A DNA stretch of 64,000 nt from Lama glama (lineage: Eukaryota). The position numbers and the translations under genes were made by a program. The stretch spans positions 32,738,001-32,802,000 of the forward strand of contig CM052818.1 in the NCBI GenBank assembly GCA_028534125.1, written 5' to 3'. Position 1 is the first letter of the stretch. The number at the start of each line of letters is the position of its first letter. Under the pieces are notes generated by a model, which was not told where the DNA came from, did not search any database, and saw nothing but the letters and a program-made list of their open reading frames with translations. This document shows positions 26,338-39,713 of the stretch, piece after piece.

Positions 26338-28059
26338 CTATAGGGAAAAAAGTTAAAAGTTAATATTAATGTTTTACTTTCATAAGTAAAACTGCTTTAA
26401 AATATTTACCTTTATAAGCTAAAACAATAAAGCATTATTTATCATTCCTCTAGAATTACCTATTTATTTGAGTCTTTACTTTTGGCTTTATGTAATCCAT
26501 ATAAACAATAAGAAACAGTTTAGGATCATTTATCATGATTAAGATTACAACTAGAATGAACTCCAAAATTTTATTATTGCCAATATATTTTGAACCACAA
26601 CCCATTTTTTTCTATCTGTTCAAACCTACAGAGAAGTTAAAATAATAATAAAAGGAATAATCAACCATATATCCTTCACCTAGATTTTACCGTTATTCCA
26701 TTGCCACATTGGCTTGATGTATGTCTATATGCAAATTATTTTCCTTCAACACTTTTGAGTTAGTTGTAGACATCCATATTCACTTTTTAAAATAATCTTT
26801 TAAAAATAATTTCTAACCAGAAATCAGAATATGGCTCTATTTTCATGGGGAAAAATATTTTAAATAATAATTAGGAAGATACATGTGTAGCCTGATACTA
26901 GGACCCCTGCCAAGTTCTGCCTGTTTAAGTTAAAATCAAGTTATAATACTGATGTATTGGATTCCCTCTCATAAAATGCCTAATCCTACCTTCACAGGTT
27001 TGGCCACAAAGGTGATTCCAAGTTTTCAAGGTAATTTTTAGTAGAGGACTCTTGAGATAATGTTGATACAGTATTCCTGGGTTAAAGGCACTGCCTCCTG
27101 CTGTCCAACAAATCTAATTACCATAATGCACTAAAAATTCTAAAGTTTAAAACTACAACTCTTTAGGAACTGGATATTTGATATGAAGGCATTACTGTTA
27201 ATTTTTTTTCACAATCACAGCCAAAGCATTACTGTTAATTTTTAAGTGTTAGTGACACTGTGATATTTAAAAGATTTCATCGTTTAGAGCTACATCTTAA
27301 ACTATTTGTGGATAAAATATTGGGATATCTGGGATATACTTCAAAATAATCCAGTTTTGGGGAGACGGATTAGAGGAAATAAGAATGGCCATAAGTGGAT
27401 GATTATTTTAGCTGGATAATAAGCACATGGAGGGTCTTTGTTCTATTCTCTCTACTATAAGTAGCATTGTTTGAAATTTTCCAAAATTAAAATTTCAAAA
27501 TTAAAAAAAACTGATTTTATTTTGGTTCTCTTAAGCTTAAAAGAGTCCATCAATATTAACTAAGTGGGTTATTTAACCCTGAGCTAGTGTTCTGTCCATT
27601 CTCTTTTTTATTGGTTAGCACATTATTTTAAATGTGATATGAAGTCATGCTGAATTTTCTGATATGACTAACTGGTCTAAAATGACATTTATAAAGCTGA
27701 AATTGTAACTGTTCAGCTAAATCTAAAGAGTACAGAAACATCACAATCCTCAGTATGTCAAGTTAGTTTCATATGTTCTTTTAGGAAATATTGATTCCTA
27801 AATAAAAAACATGATAAACTAATGTTACTTTGTAAGAATATTGGGAATTGTTTTATCTAAATTACCTACAAAATGTGTTAACAGACTGCCTTAGGTAACA
27901 GACTGGCTTAGTAGAATAAATCTCAGACTATTTTTTCTCCATAGACTGATAAAAGGTATTGAATCTATGCTGTATTCTAATTTCAAAAATTAATGTGTAA
28001 GGATTCCACTCTGAAGTAGAAATGTAGGCTAGTTCATTTTCTAAACTTAACAAGACAGA

Positions 28060-28189
28060 GGGGAGGGTATAGCTCGGTAGTAGAGTATGGGCTTAGCATG
28101 CACGTGGTCCTGGGCTCAATCCCTAGTGCCTCCATTAAAATAAATAAATAAACCTAACTACCCCCCCCTCAAAAAAAACCCCAATGACA
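28060..28189 (+). mobile_element. tRNA-derived SINE (Vic-1-like)
   Basis: A and B boxes plus tail; 18-bp TSD taaacttaa(c/a)aagacaga at 28042-28059 and 28190-28207. Confidence 0.85.
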
Positions 28190-28290
28190 TAAACTTAAAA
28201 AGACAGAAAATTCTTATAAGGGTCTTTAAAGTCCTGACAGCCTAGTAACATAATAATGCTGGTTAATGATGATACTGTAACCAAATTTAC

Positions 28291-28349
28291 CTTGTCTGCA
28301 ATTTTACAGCAGCAGTCCATCCATAAGAAATCTTGAATTAAATCATCAT
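28291..28349 (-). CDS. SPDYA: SPDYA coding exon
   Basis: tgtag|AT GAT GAT ... GAC AAG|gtaaat; 59 bp; (D)DDLIQDFLWMDCCCKIADK. Confidence 0.95.
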
Positions 28350-30390
28350 CTACAACAAAAGATAGCTATGACTTGTCTTTCAAAAACAGAATGTTTCCTA
28401 TTGAAAAATTATTTTTTACATAAGATTATAAATGATGCTCAGAAATCAAACAAAAATGCCTAGACCAGTGTTGTTTAAGGTATAATTTTCAGTTCTTTGG
28501 TGTGTTTACCATTACAAGCACTGTACAAAAAGCTATTGCTTTATTCTTTGGCTTTGCATCTGATTTGCCTTAATATATAGTGCAGACTGGAGGGGGAATG
28601 GTGGTAGTGTTTGATTTATTGAATATTCCAGTAGTTCTTTGAGAAATACGTCTTGGATAGCTCTCGTTTAGCTCTTTCTTACTTCCCCAAATCAATCTTT
28701 AACAGGAGGAAATGGAATCTGATAAAAGATAACCCAGTCTTTAAGAAATAATGACTTAATGAATACTCGTTATCTAAATATGTTCTACTTTTTCTACTAC
28801 TTTCTCCTTTTAGGTATGGGGCATTTTTAGTTTTGAGTTCTTTTTCTCTCCTCCTACTTATCTCTGTTCAATTATCTATTATCCAAATACACATGAAAAT
28901 GTCTATGTAAAGAAGGTTCATAATTCATCGGTTATTTATAATTAATATTTAATTTTGGAAAAATTGAGTATTATGATAAAAGGGTCAATTAGAGATACTG
29001 TTAAAAAAGATCAACATCCAAAAAGCAGGTCAAAAACACTTATTTCAATTTTAAAAGGCTAAAATGTATACTCCCAAAATACATGTGTAGCTATCAGAAT
29101 ATAATTTTAGAAAATCTACTTTTTTTCCATTTCCTCCTTCATTTTAAGTAACAAAGCATAATTTCTTAATATTGTTGTAGCCTAGATATATCATCAGTGT
29201 AGTCAAATATACGGAAAGTTCCAAGAATGAGTATTTATTTTCTGAGAATAATTAATTTCTGCCTTGTAAATTCTACTTCTATTTCTTAAATTACCTAAAA
29301 TGGTAGGGCCAGGTATTTTCTCTTATTTCTCATGATCAGTTATGAATAATAAAAAAGTTTGTGGGTAATATTTTTGCTCTACTCTTAATAAAGAGAGAGG
29401 CAAACTTGTATTAACAGCATTCTAAATTTTGACAGGGAACATCTTCAGAGTTCAACTTTTTCTACTTATTTTTTTATTGCTTATATTTTTCTTATTATCT
29501 CATCTTATTTTGCTTTTCTTTAAATTTTAACCAGCTTGCCCCCCCCCTTTTTTTTTTTTTAAGATTTCTGTCCTCTCAGCAGGGTAAACACTCTTCCCCA
29601 GTTCTCCTCATAGGCACTTGCTTTCCTCTATAAACATGGAAGCCTGTTACCAGAATCTGTCATTGTAATCTCTACAGTACTTGATTTGATTCATTCCCAC
29701 AGATATTTACCAGAATCTATCTATCCTACCTTTTATTCTAATCTGTATACCTTATTCCATATTTCAAAAAAAATCCTTCTCTTTCTTGGACAGTAGAAGT
29801 ACTATAAAGAAATTTCTTTTGGCTATTTTTTAAGAAGCTTATCAGCAAAGCAACACTGTTTCATGATCTGAACAAGCTGAAACTCAGTTTCACCATATTA
29901 GCATGATGATAAAGCATAGTTAATTTTTAATAATATTCTCCAGATATAATACTGAAACTTTTCTAGGTGGACTAACCTTCCCAGTTTGCTCAGTTTTAGC
30001 ACTGAAAGTCTTGGGAAGTCCTTCCTGTGCAGTGATACCAGGTCAGTTGGTTGGCTCACCCAAGACATTATATATATTTTACTTTAGGTCAAACAAAATT
30101 CATGCTATGAAAGTGAATTGCCTAGAATTTACATTTGACACTTGAATTTAAGTAGTCTAGAAGCTAGATGAGTCTATTTCTAATCCAAAAGCAATCAAAA
30201 TAAACAAAAACCCAGAATTGGGGGGGGGGAGGACTAAGTAAAACAAAAGCAAATTTGGTTGGAGATAGAAAATCTGACATAGAAAATAACAGCATCCTCT
30301 TTGATTATTATGAAAACCATAAAACAGGTCCTTACATTCTCTCATTTTAAGTACTTTACAATTACCACTATTACTATATTTTAAACCTAC

Positions 30391-30625
30391 CAAATAATTT
30401 AAAGAAAGCAGTCATTTCTTGACGCTGTATAACTAGACAGGGTCCTTTGGGGCGTTTAGACTTGTTGCTATTATATGCATTTTTTTCAGATGTTGGCCAA
30501 CTATCTTTAAAAATAGGACGCTTCAGATTAATGGGTTTTTTAGCCTGATGTGATCTATTTGACCCTGATTTTACATGTACAGTGACAGTAGGTGGTGTCT
30601 CACAACACAGCTGATTATGCCTCAT
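30391..30625 (-). CDS. SPDYA: SPDYA first coding exon (canonical ATG at 30625; the exon itself starts at 30643)
   Basis: tttacag|gaatcgtgggaaaacagaATG AGG CAT ... TTA TTT G|gtagg; MRHNQLCCETPPTVTVHVKSGSNRSHQAKKPINLKRPIFKDSW...MTAFFKLF. Confidence 0.95.
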
Positions 30626-31579
30626 TCTGTTTTCCCACGATTCCTGTAAAAATAAAATGTATAGTTATTTACCACACTCTTGTTCATTTCTACATAAAAA
30701 CAACTCATTGGATGACACTGTCAGATGCAGTCATATGAAATGTTACTAAACTTGCTACTAAAATGTTACTTGTGACAGTGACTCACATAGGAAATTGCTT
30801 TTAGAATTTAGTGCTAAGAAAAGCTAAGCTTCCTTTGGGTAACTGATATACCACCGCTTCCCAAATAATAAGATCCTGTATACCATTTTGCTTTGACTAC
30901 TAGGGAACTCAAAACCAAATTTGAAAGTTAATTATAGAAACTATGCTGAGTTTATAATCTATGTGGTATTCTTTTTTCCTGGTAATTTAAAAATTCTGCG
31001 TGTATTGACATAATTTTATCATATGATTCTAAGACATCACCTCAAATTTTTTATAGAACAAGGCAAACTATTTCCAGAACTAAAATTATTATCAAGTATT
31101 ATATTAAAAAGCAATTTCACACACACAAAAATATTTCCTAACCGGTAAATTTCTTGATATGTTACAAAACTCACTGATTCCACAAGCATTTATTGCTATT
31201 CATTGAAAAGTTAAAAGTGATTCTAGAGAAGAAATGCATGGCATATGTGCATTGAGGGATTCTCATAAATTGATCACTTTAATTTTTTAATCATTTTAAT
31301 TTTTAAAGTTGTGAGTGTATAACCATACTATTTAAGTGTAATTACCAGTGTAAATGAATGTAAACTGTTATAATCTAATAAAAATTTTTAAAAAGTTAAT
31401 CCATCAATATTTAACAATATGTACAATCACTACCATGTTTGGTGATTAGTTCACATGATTACTAGTCAGTATTAGTTTTATGGTCAAAGTATTTATTGGG
31501 TCAGCGAAAACGGAGTTGAATAGCCAAAGCAGGAAACTACTCTAAGACCCTAATTAGAACCTCTGAATCCATAACTCAC

Positions 31580-31661
31580 AGCGACCCCGGCAGCCATGCC
31601 TTCCTTGATGTTCAAGGAGTTAGGTACAGATTCTCCTTCCTGACCCTCAGAAACTTCCCTG
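31580..31661 (-). other. SPDYA: Probable SPDYA 5' exon (nominally UTR) with a NAGNAG acceptor
   Basis: Minus strand: long pyrimidine tract tcttattttccattccttccttcag|cag|ggaag..., donor GCT|gtgagt; 82 or 79 nt. Confidence 0.7.
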
Positions 31662-31707
31662 CTGAAGGAAGGAATGGAAAATAAGACTGGATATAGTGGG
31701 ACGAAAA

Positions 31708-32153
31708 CAGCACTGTCCAATATAATGTGTGCCACCGCTTCCCAAATAATAAGATGTAACTTTACATTTCTAGAGCCACATCTAAAAAGTACAAATAAGC
31801 AAGTGAATTTGAGTAATATATTTTATGTAACCTAGTATATCCAAAACATCATTTTAACATGTAATCAATATATAAGTTAATGAGATATTTTACATTCTTT
31901 TTTCATATTAAGGCTTTGAAATCAGGTGTGTATTTACACTTATAGTATATCTCAATTCAGATGCTAAAATTTCCAACAGTTAAAGTGAAATGTAGTCTTA
32001 CCAAAACAATGAAGTAGTGTATAATGCAAAAAGATTTTACACTCCTTCAGTATTTAATTTAAAAGTAAAAATTCAATTCATTAATTGCACTAGCCACATT
32101 TGAAGTGCTCAATAGCCACATGTGGCTAGTGGTGACCATATTAGACAGTAAAG
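31708..32153. mobile_element. hAT-Charlie MER33/MER3-like element
   Basis: Ends cagcactgtccaa ... ttagacagtaaag; tagccacatttgaagtgctcaatagccacatgtggctagtgg. Confidence 0.8.
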
Positions 32154-33154
32154 GGCTAGATTAGAAAGAACTAGGGAGAATAAATTATATTCAATTAAGT
32201 CCATAATTGTTCTCCTCCCTCTGTTTTGCTTCCCTCCTTTCCTCTCCTCTTTCTTCCTTGGATTCTATTGTAGGCAGTTACGGAGTTGGGGGTGGGTTGC
32301 TACAAACTCCATAGGAAAAAAAATGGAAATGTGCAAGAACTTTCTGCTATTTCCTACCCACCTCAACTGGGAGATAGCTGGAGGCCTCATCTGGATCTTT
32401 TCTTTTCTGAGGCAAGAGCAGCCTTACAATCTAGATGGAAAAAACTAAATAGTCATGCTTTTCAAATTGGGGTGTGAGGGCTAGACTTGGGGAGGGGGGG
32501 TCAGATGTGCTAGAATATAGAGTAATTGCAGCATATATCCCAGGATGTAAGCTTTACTCATTGTTAAGTAATTTAAAATAGTGTTGTTTTATTACCATGA
32601 AACAGAATGCAAAACTTCTATCAATCAAAAATACAAATATCATGTTCACAGTAAACTTTTACACTATCCCACTTCATATAAAATTTGAGAAAGAGAAAGA
32701 AATGTCTGAAATTCCCCCAAAAGAAATTCACTGATGTTAATAAACATTAGTAAGAGAGTTATGGAGAAGGAGCTAAAGGAGAGAAGCTACCAATGCTATA
32801 CACTTGGTCAAATTCCAACTTGAGGTAATTTTTATTTTTGCTCTTCGTTTAGATATATGAAGAAAACATCAGTATTCAAATGAAGATTTTTTTTTTTTTT
32901 AAAGACAGGATTCTTAAGCACCACTGAAGGCAGAAGGCACAGAGCTAGCTGAGAATATATGTTAAAATACTGTGGAACAGACCTGGATTAAGACCAGATT
33001 CTCACTATCTATGTGATTCTAAGCTATTTAACTTCTGGGAGCCTCCCTTTTCTCACCTGTGATATTGAGATAATAAAAGCACGTATTTTTTTTTTTTTAG
33101 AATCTGGTACACAGTACGTATTCATTTTAAATTACCTATTATAGGCATTTAAAA

Positions 33155-33262
33155 ATTTTGGGAGGGGGAGGTAATTAGGTTATTTATTTCTCTGTTTAAA
33201 TGGAGGTACTGGGGATTGAACTCAGGACCTCCTGCATGCAAAGCATGCACTCTACCACTGAG
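33155..33262 (-). mobile_element. tRNA-derived SINE (Vic-1-like)
   Basis: gggaggtaattagg...ggggattgaactcaggacc...ctctaccactgag. Confidence 0.8.
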
Positions 33263-33829
33263 TCAGCACTGTTAACACATATTTTGTAGCGTTGATGAGG
33301 AAAGGAACTATATGGATAATACACAGCGCTGAATGCTGAGCAAAAACTCAACATATAGCACTACTGTTACTGCATCTTTTTTACAGGAAAATAGAGTTCT
33401 AATACGACAGATAACTAAATTTCACCTCAACTCATAAATATAATTTAAATGTTAAAATTTTATTGGTAACAGAGATCATAGGTATTTTAAATGTGCTTAT
33501 GATGAAGAATAAAAAGTAAGTAGACAGGATCTCAATTTTAACATAGCACACGGGTTTATCAATCTTCAAATGTTAAATTACTTCAAGAGGTTTTGACCCC
33601 CCCCCCCGAAGCCAGTTGGTCTCCAGTCGTACTGGAAATAGAAGAAAAGGAGATCTGTAAATTTTGAGAAATGGGCTGAGGACACTGTCCTGAGATGCAG
33701 TAGCTCAGGTCTCAGGATTCTGGTGCACATGCTCCTGGGAAAAAAAGTTGTGCTTAATGGGACACGAGTAGAAAGAGGAAGGCCGAACTCAAAATACCAC
33801 CAGCCGGAGTCCAGCAGAAAAAAGGAGGG

Positions 33830-34670
33830 TGGGCCGCGGGCTGGGGGAGGCGCGAGCTCTCTACTAAAGGCCTTTCTCCTCAGCAGGCGGGGGTGAGGCC
33901 CCGGGGAGGACCTCGCCCGCGCCAGAGGAGGGGCGGCCACGTCGAGCACCGGGGACGCATCTCCCGTCCTTTGTCCCCCACTTCCCCGCCTACTGGTGAG
34001 CACAGCCTGCTGATCCGGAGAGCAACGTGCCGGCGGACCCCGACCAACCCGACCCAAGGGGCGCCGCTGCCGCCGCCTCCCTCTCTTTACTGCGCCGCCG
34101 CCCCTCGGCCCGCGGTCCGCGACGCTCCCCAGCCCCGGCCGAAGGAGCTGGAGGGCGTGTTCTCGTCGCAGCGCCGGCACCTGAGGGGACTCACGGGCGG
34201 AAGCGTGTGCGGAAGGGGGCGAGACGCCGCCACCTCTCACACACGGAGTGGGGCGGGGTGGGCTGCCAGAGGGAACGGAGGGACGAGGCGCAACCGAAAC
34301 TGGAGAGTCGCCGGCGAGTCGCCCAAAGCCGGGGCGCGAGCGGAGGGTACCTGCCAAAACCTGAGGCTGGTGAGCGGGCGCCGGGCCAGCGGACAGCCTC
34401 CCCCAGATGCCCGGGGCCTCAGACGGTTGCTCGCAGGTCGCTCCACTACGGCTCTGAGACCTCCCGCCAACTCGGAGCGGGGCCGTCGCGGGCCAATCAG
34501 CGCGCAGAGCACGCCGCTGGGGGCGGGGGTCCACTCGAGGCTGCGCGCGCCACGCCTCCCCGCCCCCAACGCCCGCTGCGTTAGGAGCCTTCGCGACCCG
34601 CCCACCTTCTACCGTTACCGGGCCCTAACTTGCCCTTTTAGCAAGGTCCTGGCAAAACGCCGCGACCCTC
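33830..34670 (-). promoter_or_regulatory. SPDYA: CpG island, SPDYA promoter and first-exon region
   Basis: Only CpG-dense, GC-rich segment in the window; CCAAT box (~34493), GC boxes (~34519-34529, ~34558-34567); minus-strand donor candidates CAG|gtaccc (34351) and CCC|gtgagt (34195). Confidence 0.85.
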
Positions 34671-35742
34671 CCACACTTCCTTCTGCCTTCTATTGTAACC
34701 CCCTCCCCTTGGGCACTTACCAAAATCAGACTTGGATTACGGCCATTTATCTTCCCCCCAGTGAGATGGAGAGGCCCTGCAGGGCTGGCACTCCCCTGCC
34801 CCACCGCACCAGGCACAGACACTGATGGGTCCTCGGCAAATGGAGACATCAATAGCAGGGAACAAGAAATCAGAGGTGAACTTTGCAGCATCGATTATAA
34901 ATCACTGCTACGTTAAAATAATTACATCAGCAGGGGGAGAGACCACTTAAACTAAAAAACATAGGTGTGAATATCGTGGCTCTTTGTGAGAAGGGGTAAT
35001 ACTATTCTATCCTGCTAAATCTACTGTTCTAAATTCTTTTCTTTTTGGCAGCATCCTAGTCCTTGGCCTGGTGCCTGGGATGTAGTAGGTGCTTAATGTT
35101 TAATGAATAAATAAAAGGATTCTTACAGCTTTTTAGTTTTTGTCAGTGACATCCTTGCCTCTTCCCTTCCACTTAAAAAGTTTTTCCCGTTAAAATATCA
35201 TGGCCTTTTTTTTTTCATGTTGCTATATAGTCTTTGTAATTTTTTAAATGACTGCATAACAGTCCAGAGTGGATGGACCAAACTTAAATCATTTGGATAT
35301 TTGGACTGTCTCTAGATTTTTCAGTTACTACAATTATCACATTTAAAAAGTAATTTGGCCTTGCCAACTTGCGGTACTTCCTAGCAACCTGTTTCTGAGT
35401 CAGCAACTCTGAAGAATGAATGTTCCCTTCTCTCCTGGGCTCTCACACAGCTAGATGATGGCAAAAATCACCTACATGTAAGATAACACAATCCTGGAAC
35501 TTATTTTTCCTTATAAATGCCTTGGACGTTTCCCCCGTGGCCCTTAAATGGGAGAATGAACCAAGAAGCATAATAAACTAGTTGTGAAAACCTTAAATAT
35601 TGATTCTAAGAAAACACTGCTTCAAGCCTCATTTCTCTCTTTCCCTGGTTTTTCTCTTTTCCCCAAAGTATCAGAGTTTACTGTGATTACTAGTTTCCAG
35701 CCTTGAATACAGAATGTTTACTGAACAACTGAATGTCTACTA

Positions 35743-36211
35743 CAGGCATACCACTTTGCTTTACTGTGCCTTGCAGATACATTTTTAAAAAACTGATGAG
35801 TTTTTAGCAATCCTGCATAGATCAAGTCTATTACTGCCACTTTTCCAACAGCATTTCCTCACTTCATGTCTGTGTCACTTTTTGGCAATTCTTCCAATAT
35901 TTCAAACATCTTCATTAATATTATATTTGTTATGGTGATCTGTGATCAGTGACCTTTGATGTTACTATTATAATTATTTTGGGGGTGCCACAAATAGAGT
36001 CCATAAAAGATGGCAAACTTAATTCCTCTATAAATGTGTATTTTGACTGCTCCACTAACTGGCCATTCTCTCATCTCCCTCCCTCTCCTTGGGCCTATTC
36101 CCTAAGACACAACAAAATTGAAATTAGGCCAACTTAATAACCCTACAGTGGCTCCCAAATGTTCAGGTGAAAGGAAGAGTTGCAAGTCTCTCACTTTAAA
36201 TAAAAAACTAG
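35743..36211 (+). mobile_element. Tigger1 5' fragment (TcMar DNA transposon)
   Basis: TA|caggcatacc start; ggtgatctgtgatcagtgacctttgatgttac, ccctaagacacaacaaaattgaaattaggcc, ggtgaaaggaagagt. Confidence 0.8.
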
Positions 36212-36990
36212 GCCTCTTTTACATAAATGGGATTGCATACAACTTTAAAAAATGAAATATTTGATATATACAAAAGGGTATTAGTAACATATATGCAGGC
36301 TGAGCATAAAACAAAAACTCGAGAAGCCACTACCCACCAAAACAATCATGAACCTAACATCCAAGAAACAGAACATAAACAGTATTTTTGAGATTCTTTA
36401 TGCTCCTCCTCCTCCTCCCCTTACTTCCCCAGAGGTGACTTTTGTTTTTCCCATTCCCTTTTCTTTTCTTTAGATATAGTGTCCTTAAACACAAATCTTG
36501 TTTGTAAATTTAATACTTTGTATTCTTCATAGTTTTAAGATTTAGACATGCTAATGCATTAAAGTGAATCATTTTCATCCGTATATTCATTCTATATAAT
36601 GAATCAATGCTCCTGTCAATGGTCCTTTGAGTTATTTTTTGCTACTATGAATACTATGGGCATTCCCATACACGGTCTGGTTATCAGCTGCTGCGCCTCT
36701 GTAAGGTCCTGTTAGGTTATTTATGTGGATTAGTTGGTGGTCTGACTGGTCAGTGCCCATATGGCAAAGTCAAGTATTTTGAATACTACTTCTGCTTATA
36801 CATGCCCCATGGTGCACACATGTAGTTCTTCTATAAATGCTTTAAAGTGAAACCGAGTTTTAGGGTATAGACATTTTCAACTTTACAAGATTATCAATGT
36901 TGAACTCATTTCCCAGGTAGCTATACCAATTCTGTTGAGTTTCCATTAATCTACATCTTGAAACTTTATTTGCAGACTTTTTGTGATGAG

Positions 36991-37330
36991 TTTTTAAAAT
37001 GTTTTTGAGGGGGAGGTAATTAGGTTTATTTATTTTTTTAATGGAAGTACATGGAGATTGAACCCAGGACCCTGTGCATGCCAAACAGGCACTTCACCAC
37101 TGAGCTATTTCCCTACCCCTAGATTATCTTTTAAGGTGTTTTGTAGAGGACACCTTTGGATTTTCTTTTCAGTATTCCCCTTTAAACTTATTTATTTTTA
37201 TTTTAATTTTGTTGGGGGGCGGTAATTAGGTATACTTATTTTATTTTTTAATGGAGGTAATGGGGATTGAACCCAGGACCTTATTATGCATGCTAAGCAT
37301 GTGCTCTACCACTGAGCTATACCCTCCCCC
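36991..37330 (-). mobile_element. Two adjacent tRNA-derived SINEs (Vic-1-like), about 36991-37120 and 37181-37330
   Basis: Two copies of ggtaattagg...gattgaacccaggacc...accactgagcta. Confidence 0.85.
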
Positions 37331-39713
37331 TCTTCAGCACCCTTTTTCAAGGAAATGTTCTACTCAACCTCCCAAACCGCTTGGGTGTAGGGATAACAAC
37401 TATATTCATGCAGTATCATCTCTCCCCTTCGTCACTAATTGGAGTCATAAAGGCCCTTGATTCAAGCTGAGCCAAATTCCCCTCTTGGAATTTTGCACTA
37501 TGACCAATAATGCAGCCCGCCTGACCGTTCCTTTATATGGTAGAGATAACAAATCTTCAGAAGTATTAGGATAGAACAATAATCAAAAAGATAGAACTGT
37601 ATTAAATTTCTCTCTAGAATAGTTACCTCCATTGTACCTCACTTTTTTTGTTAATGAAAAAAAAATTTTCTTGATTTCTCCACATACTTGCTTCTGCTTA
37701 TGACATAATCTTTGTTAAATTGAGGCAACACTCTCTCTACATTCAAGTTTTGATTCCTGATTTTAACAGCTCATGTTTACTAGGTGACTTTTGAAAGACA
37801 AAATGTTATACAAACTATATATTTGAAGTGGCTCACAACAAAGGTGACTTTAAGGTCAATAAAACTGCAAAAGGAAGGCAAGAAGGTAACCATAAGGATC
37901 TTGGAAAGTTTGATGCTGAACAAGAGGCAACTTCCTCAATGTGCCTGTCAGGTGCTGAGAAATGTTCCTTCCAGTAAATGAACACTGACTTCTGATATTT
38001 ACCAATATTTTACCAAATAATTAAGCTATTCTTGCCATATAGACCCAGGTCAATTTTCTCCTGAGACTATTCCAGCATTCCTTTAAGAGACAAAAAGCAA
38101 TTAGATGAGGATAAATGAAAACTGAAACTGTATTATTTTTGGCTAATTTCTCCAAAAAGGTCAAAAGTGTCAGAATAGTAGTAGTAATAGTTATTTTTGA
38201 AACTCACTTGCCATTCATTAAACCAACAATTGCATACCTACTATGTGCCAGACACCACTCTGGGAACTGTAGAGACATCAGCAAATAAGAGACAAAAATG
38301 TCTGCCCACATGAGTTTACATTCTAGTCACAATTACTTCGTAGACCTAAAGCCTTCTAAGGATCAAAGAGAACAACATTTTGAAGGAATGCCCAACATAG
38401 TAATGGATTTGTACAACAAATAATTGATTTCTTTCAAAAATGGAATAGACCAATTTGTGTTCATCTGTCAATAAGGATACCCAAAGACTTTATGGTACTC
38501 ACTTGATAAAAGATTAGGGTCTCCCACTAAAACCAGGATGTACAGTATAGTAATAGAAAGCTTTTATAACCTAGATTTTTGATATTATCAAATTATTTCA
38601 GTGGCATTACTGGGCCCCAGCTAGAGACTGGCTACAAAACCTAAGGCAATTATCCTGGGAAACAGGGATCTGTTTCTGGTACTTCTTAAGGCACACACTG
38701 CATAACAGATATATGTGCTGAGAATGGGACCCTGGGCCTCACGTAAGTTTTCCTGAGATATTAAAGTAGGTTCTTAATTTTTAATTTGGTAAATTGAGTA
38801 GGATCAAGAGTACCACCAGAATATGACTTCTCAAGTGACTCTACCCATCACACTTGCCTTCTCAGGCAAGTCCTTATTATACTAAGAGAGCTTGAAAGTC
38901 AGAGCTCATGTTTATCCAAGAATGATTAAAAAAAAAAAGCATCAGTCTGTTAATAACCTATTGGTAAGTGACAGCATCTTCAGAAACTGTGCCAGTATCA
39001 GTTTGAGAAGTACCTATCTGAAGTAGCCTGATATAAAAAGTTTCAAAACCCTGGTTTTGTTTCCTCAGCTCTTTTTTTCCCAAGAAGTACACTAGACTTA
39101 AAGACTTCAGTTAGCTCAATTAAACTTGTTACACACATAAATGACTCCTCTGGACGACTTTCCTGTTGTATTTTGTCTTTGTGACTTTGTCAATAATCAA
39201 GTGTTTATACATGATACATTAAAAATTGGTGCTAAAAGGCACCTAATGGTTTCAGATATTTAGTTATGGTGTCACTGCTCTCTCGGGAAAAATGTCCTGT
39301 TCATCTACTGAATTACTCAGATTCAGGCAGCTGCAAAAATTAAGACACATCTTACTTGGTGATCCAAGGTGAGGCTTGACCGAAAGCCTTCAGGGACAGA
39401 CCTTAGGCTCCCACCTTTTTACATGTAGTATCAAAGAAATGCTGAATCTATGGGCTTTAGGCAGTTTGTCCTTGCTCCCTTTCACATACATAGAAGACTC
39501 TCCTCACAACACACTTGTAATCTTCCACTCTATTCACAGCCAAAACAATGGGGGTTACAAGTAAGATTCTGTAACCATAATAACTAGCAAAGATCTCTAA
39601 GAAGGAAAAAGCAAAGATTTATAGCCACTTTTGTAAAAAATAAGGCTTAATAAGACACTGGCAACCTATATGAGAAAGTAAACAACAATGAAAAAAATTA
39701 AAGAAATTTATGA

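Noticed and set aside
33578..34891. Long overlapping ORFs (318, 310, 185, 122 and 88 aa) on both strands
   Set aside because: They lie in the CpG island, where stop codons are rare; the translations are low-complexity Arg/Pro/Gly/Ala-rich with no recognisable domain
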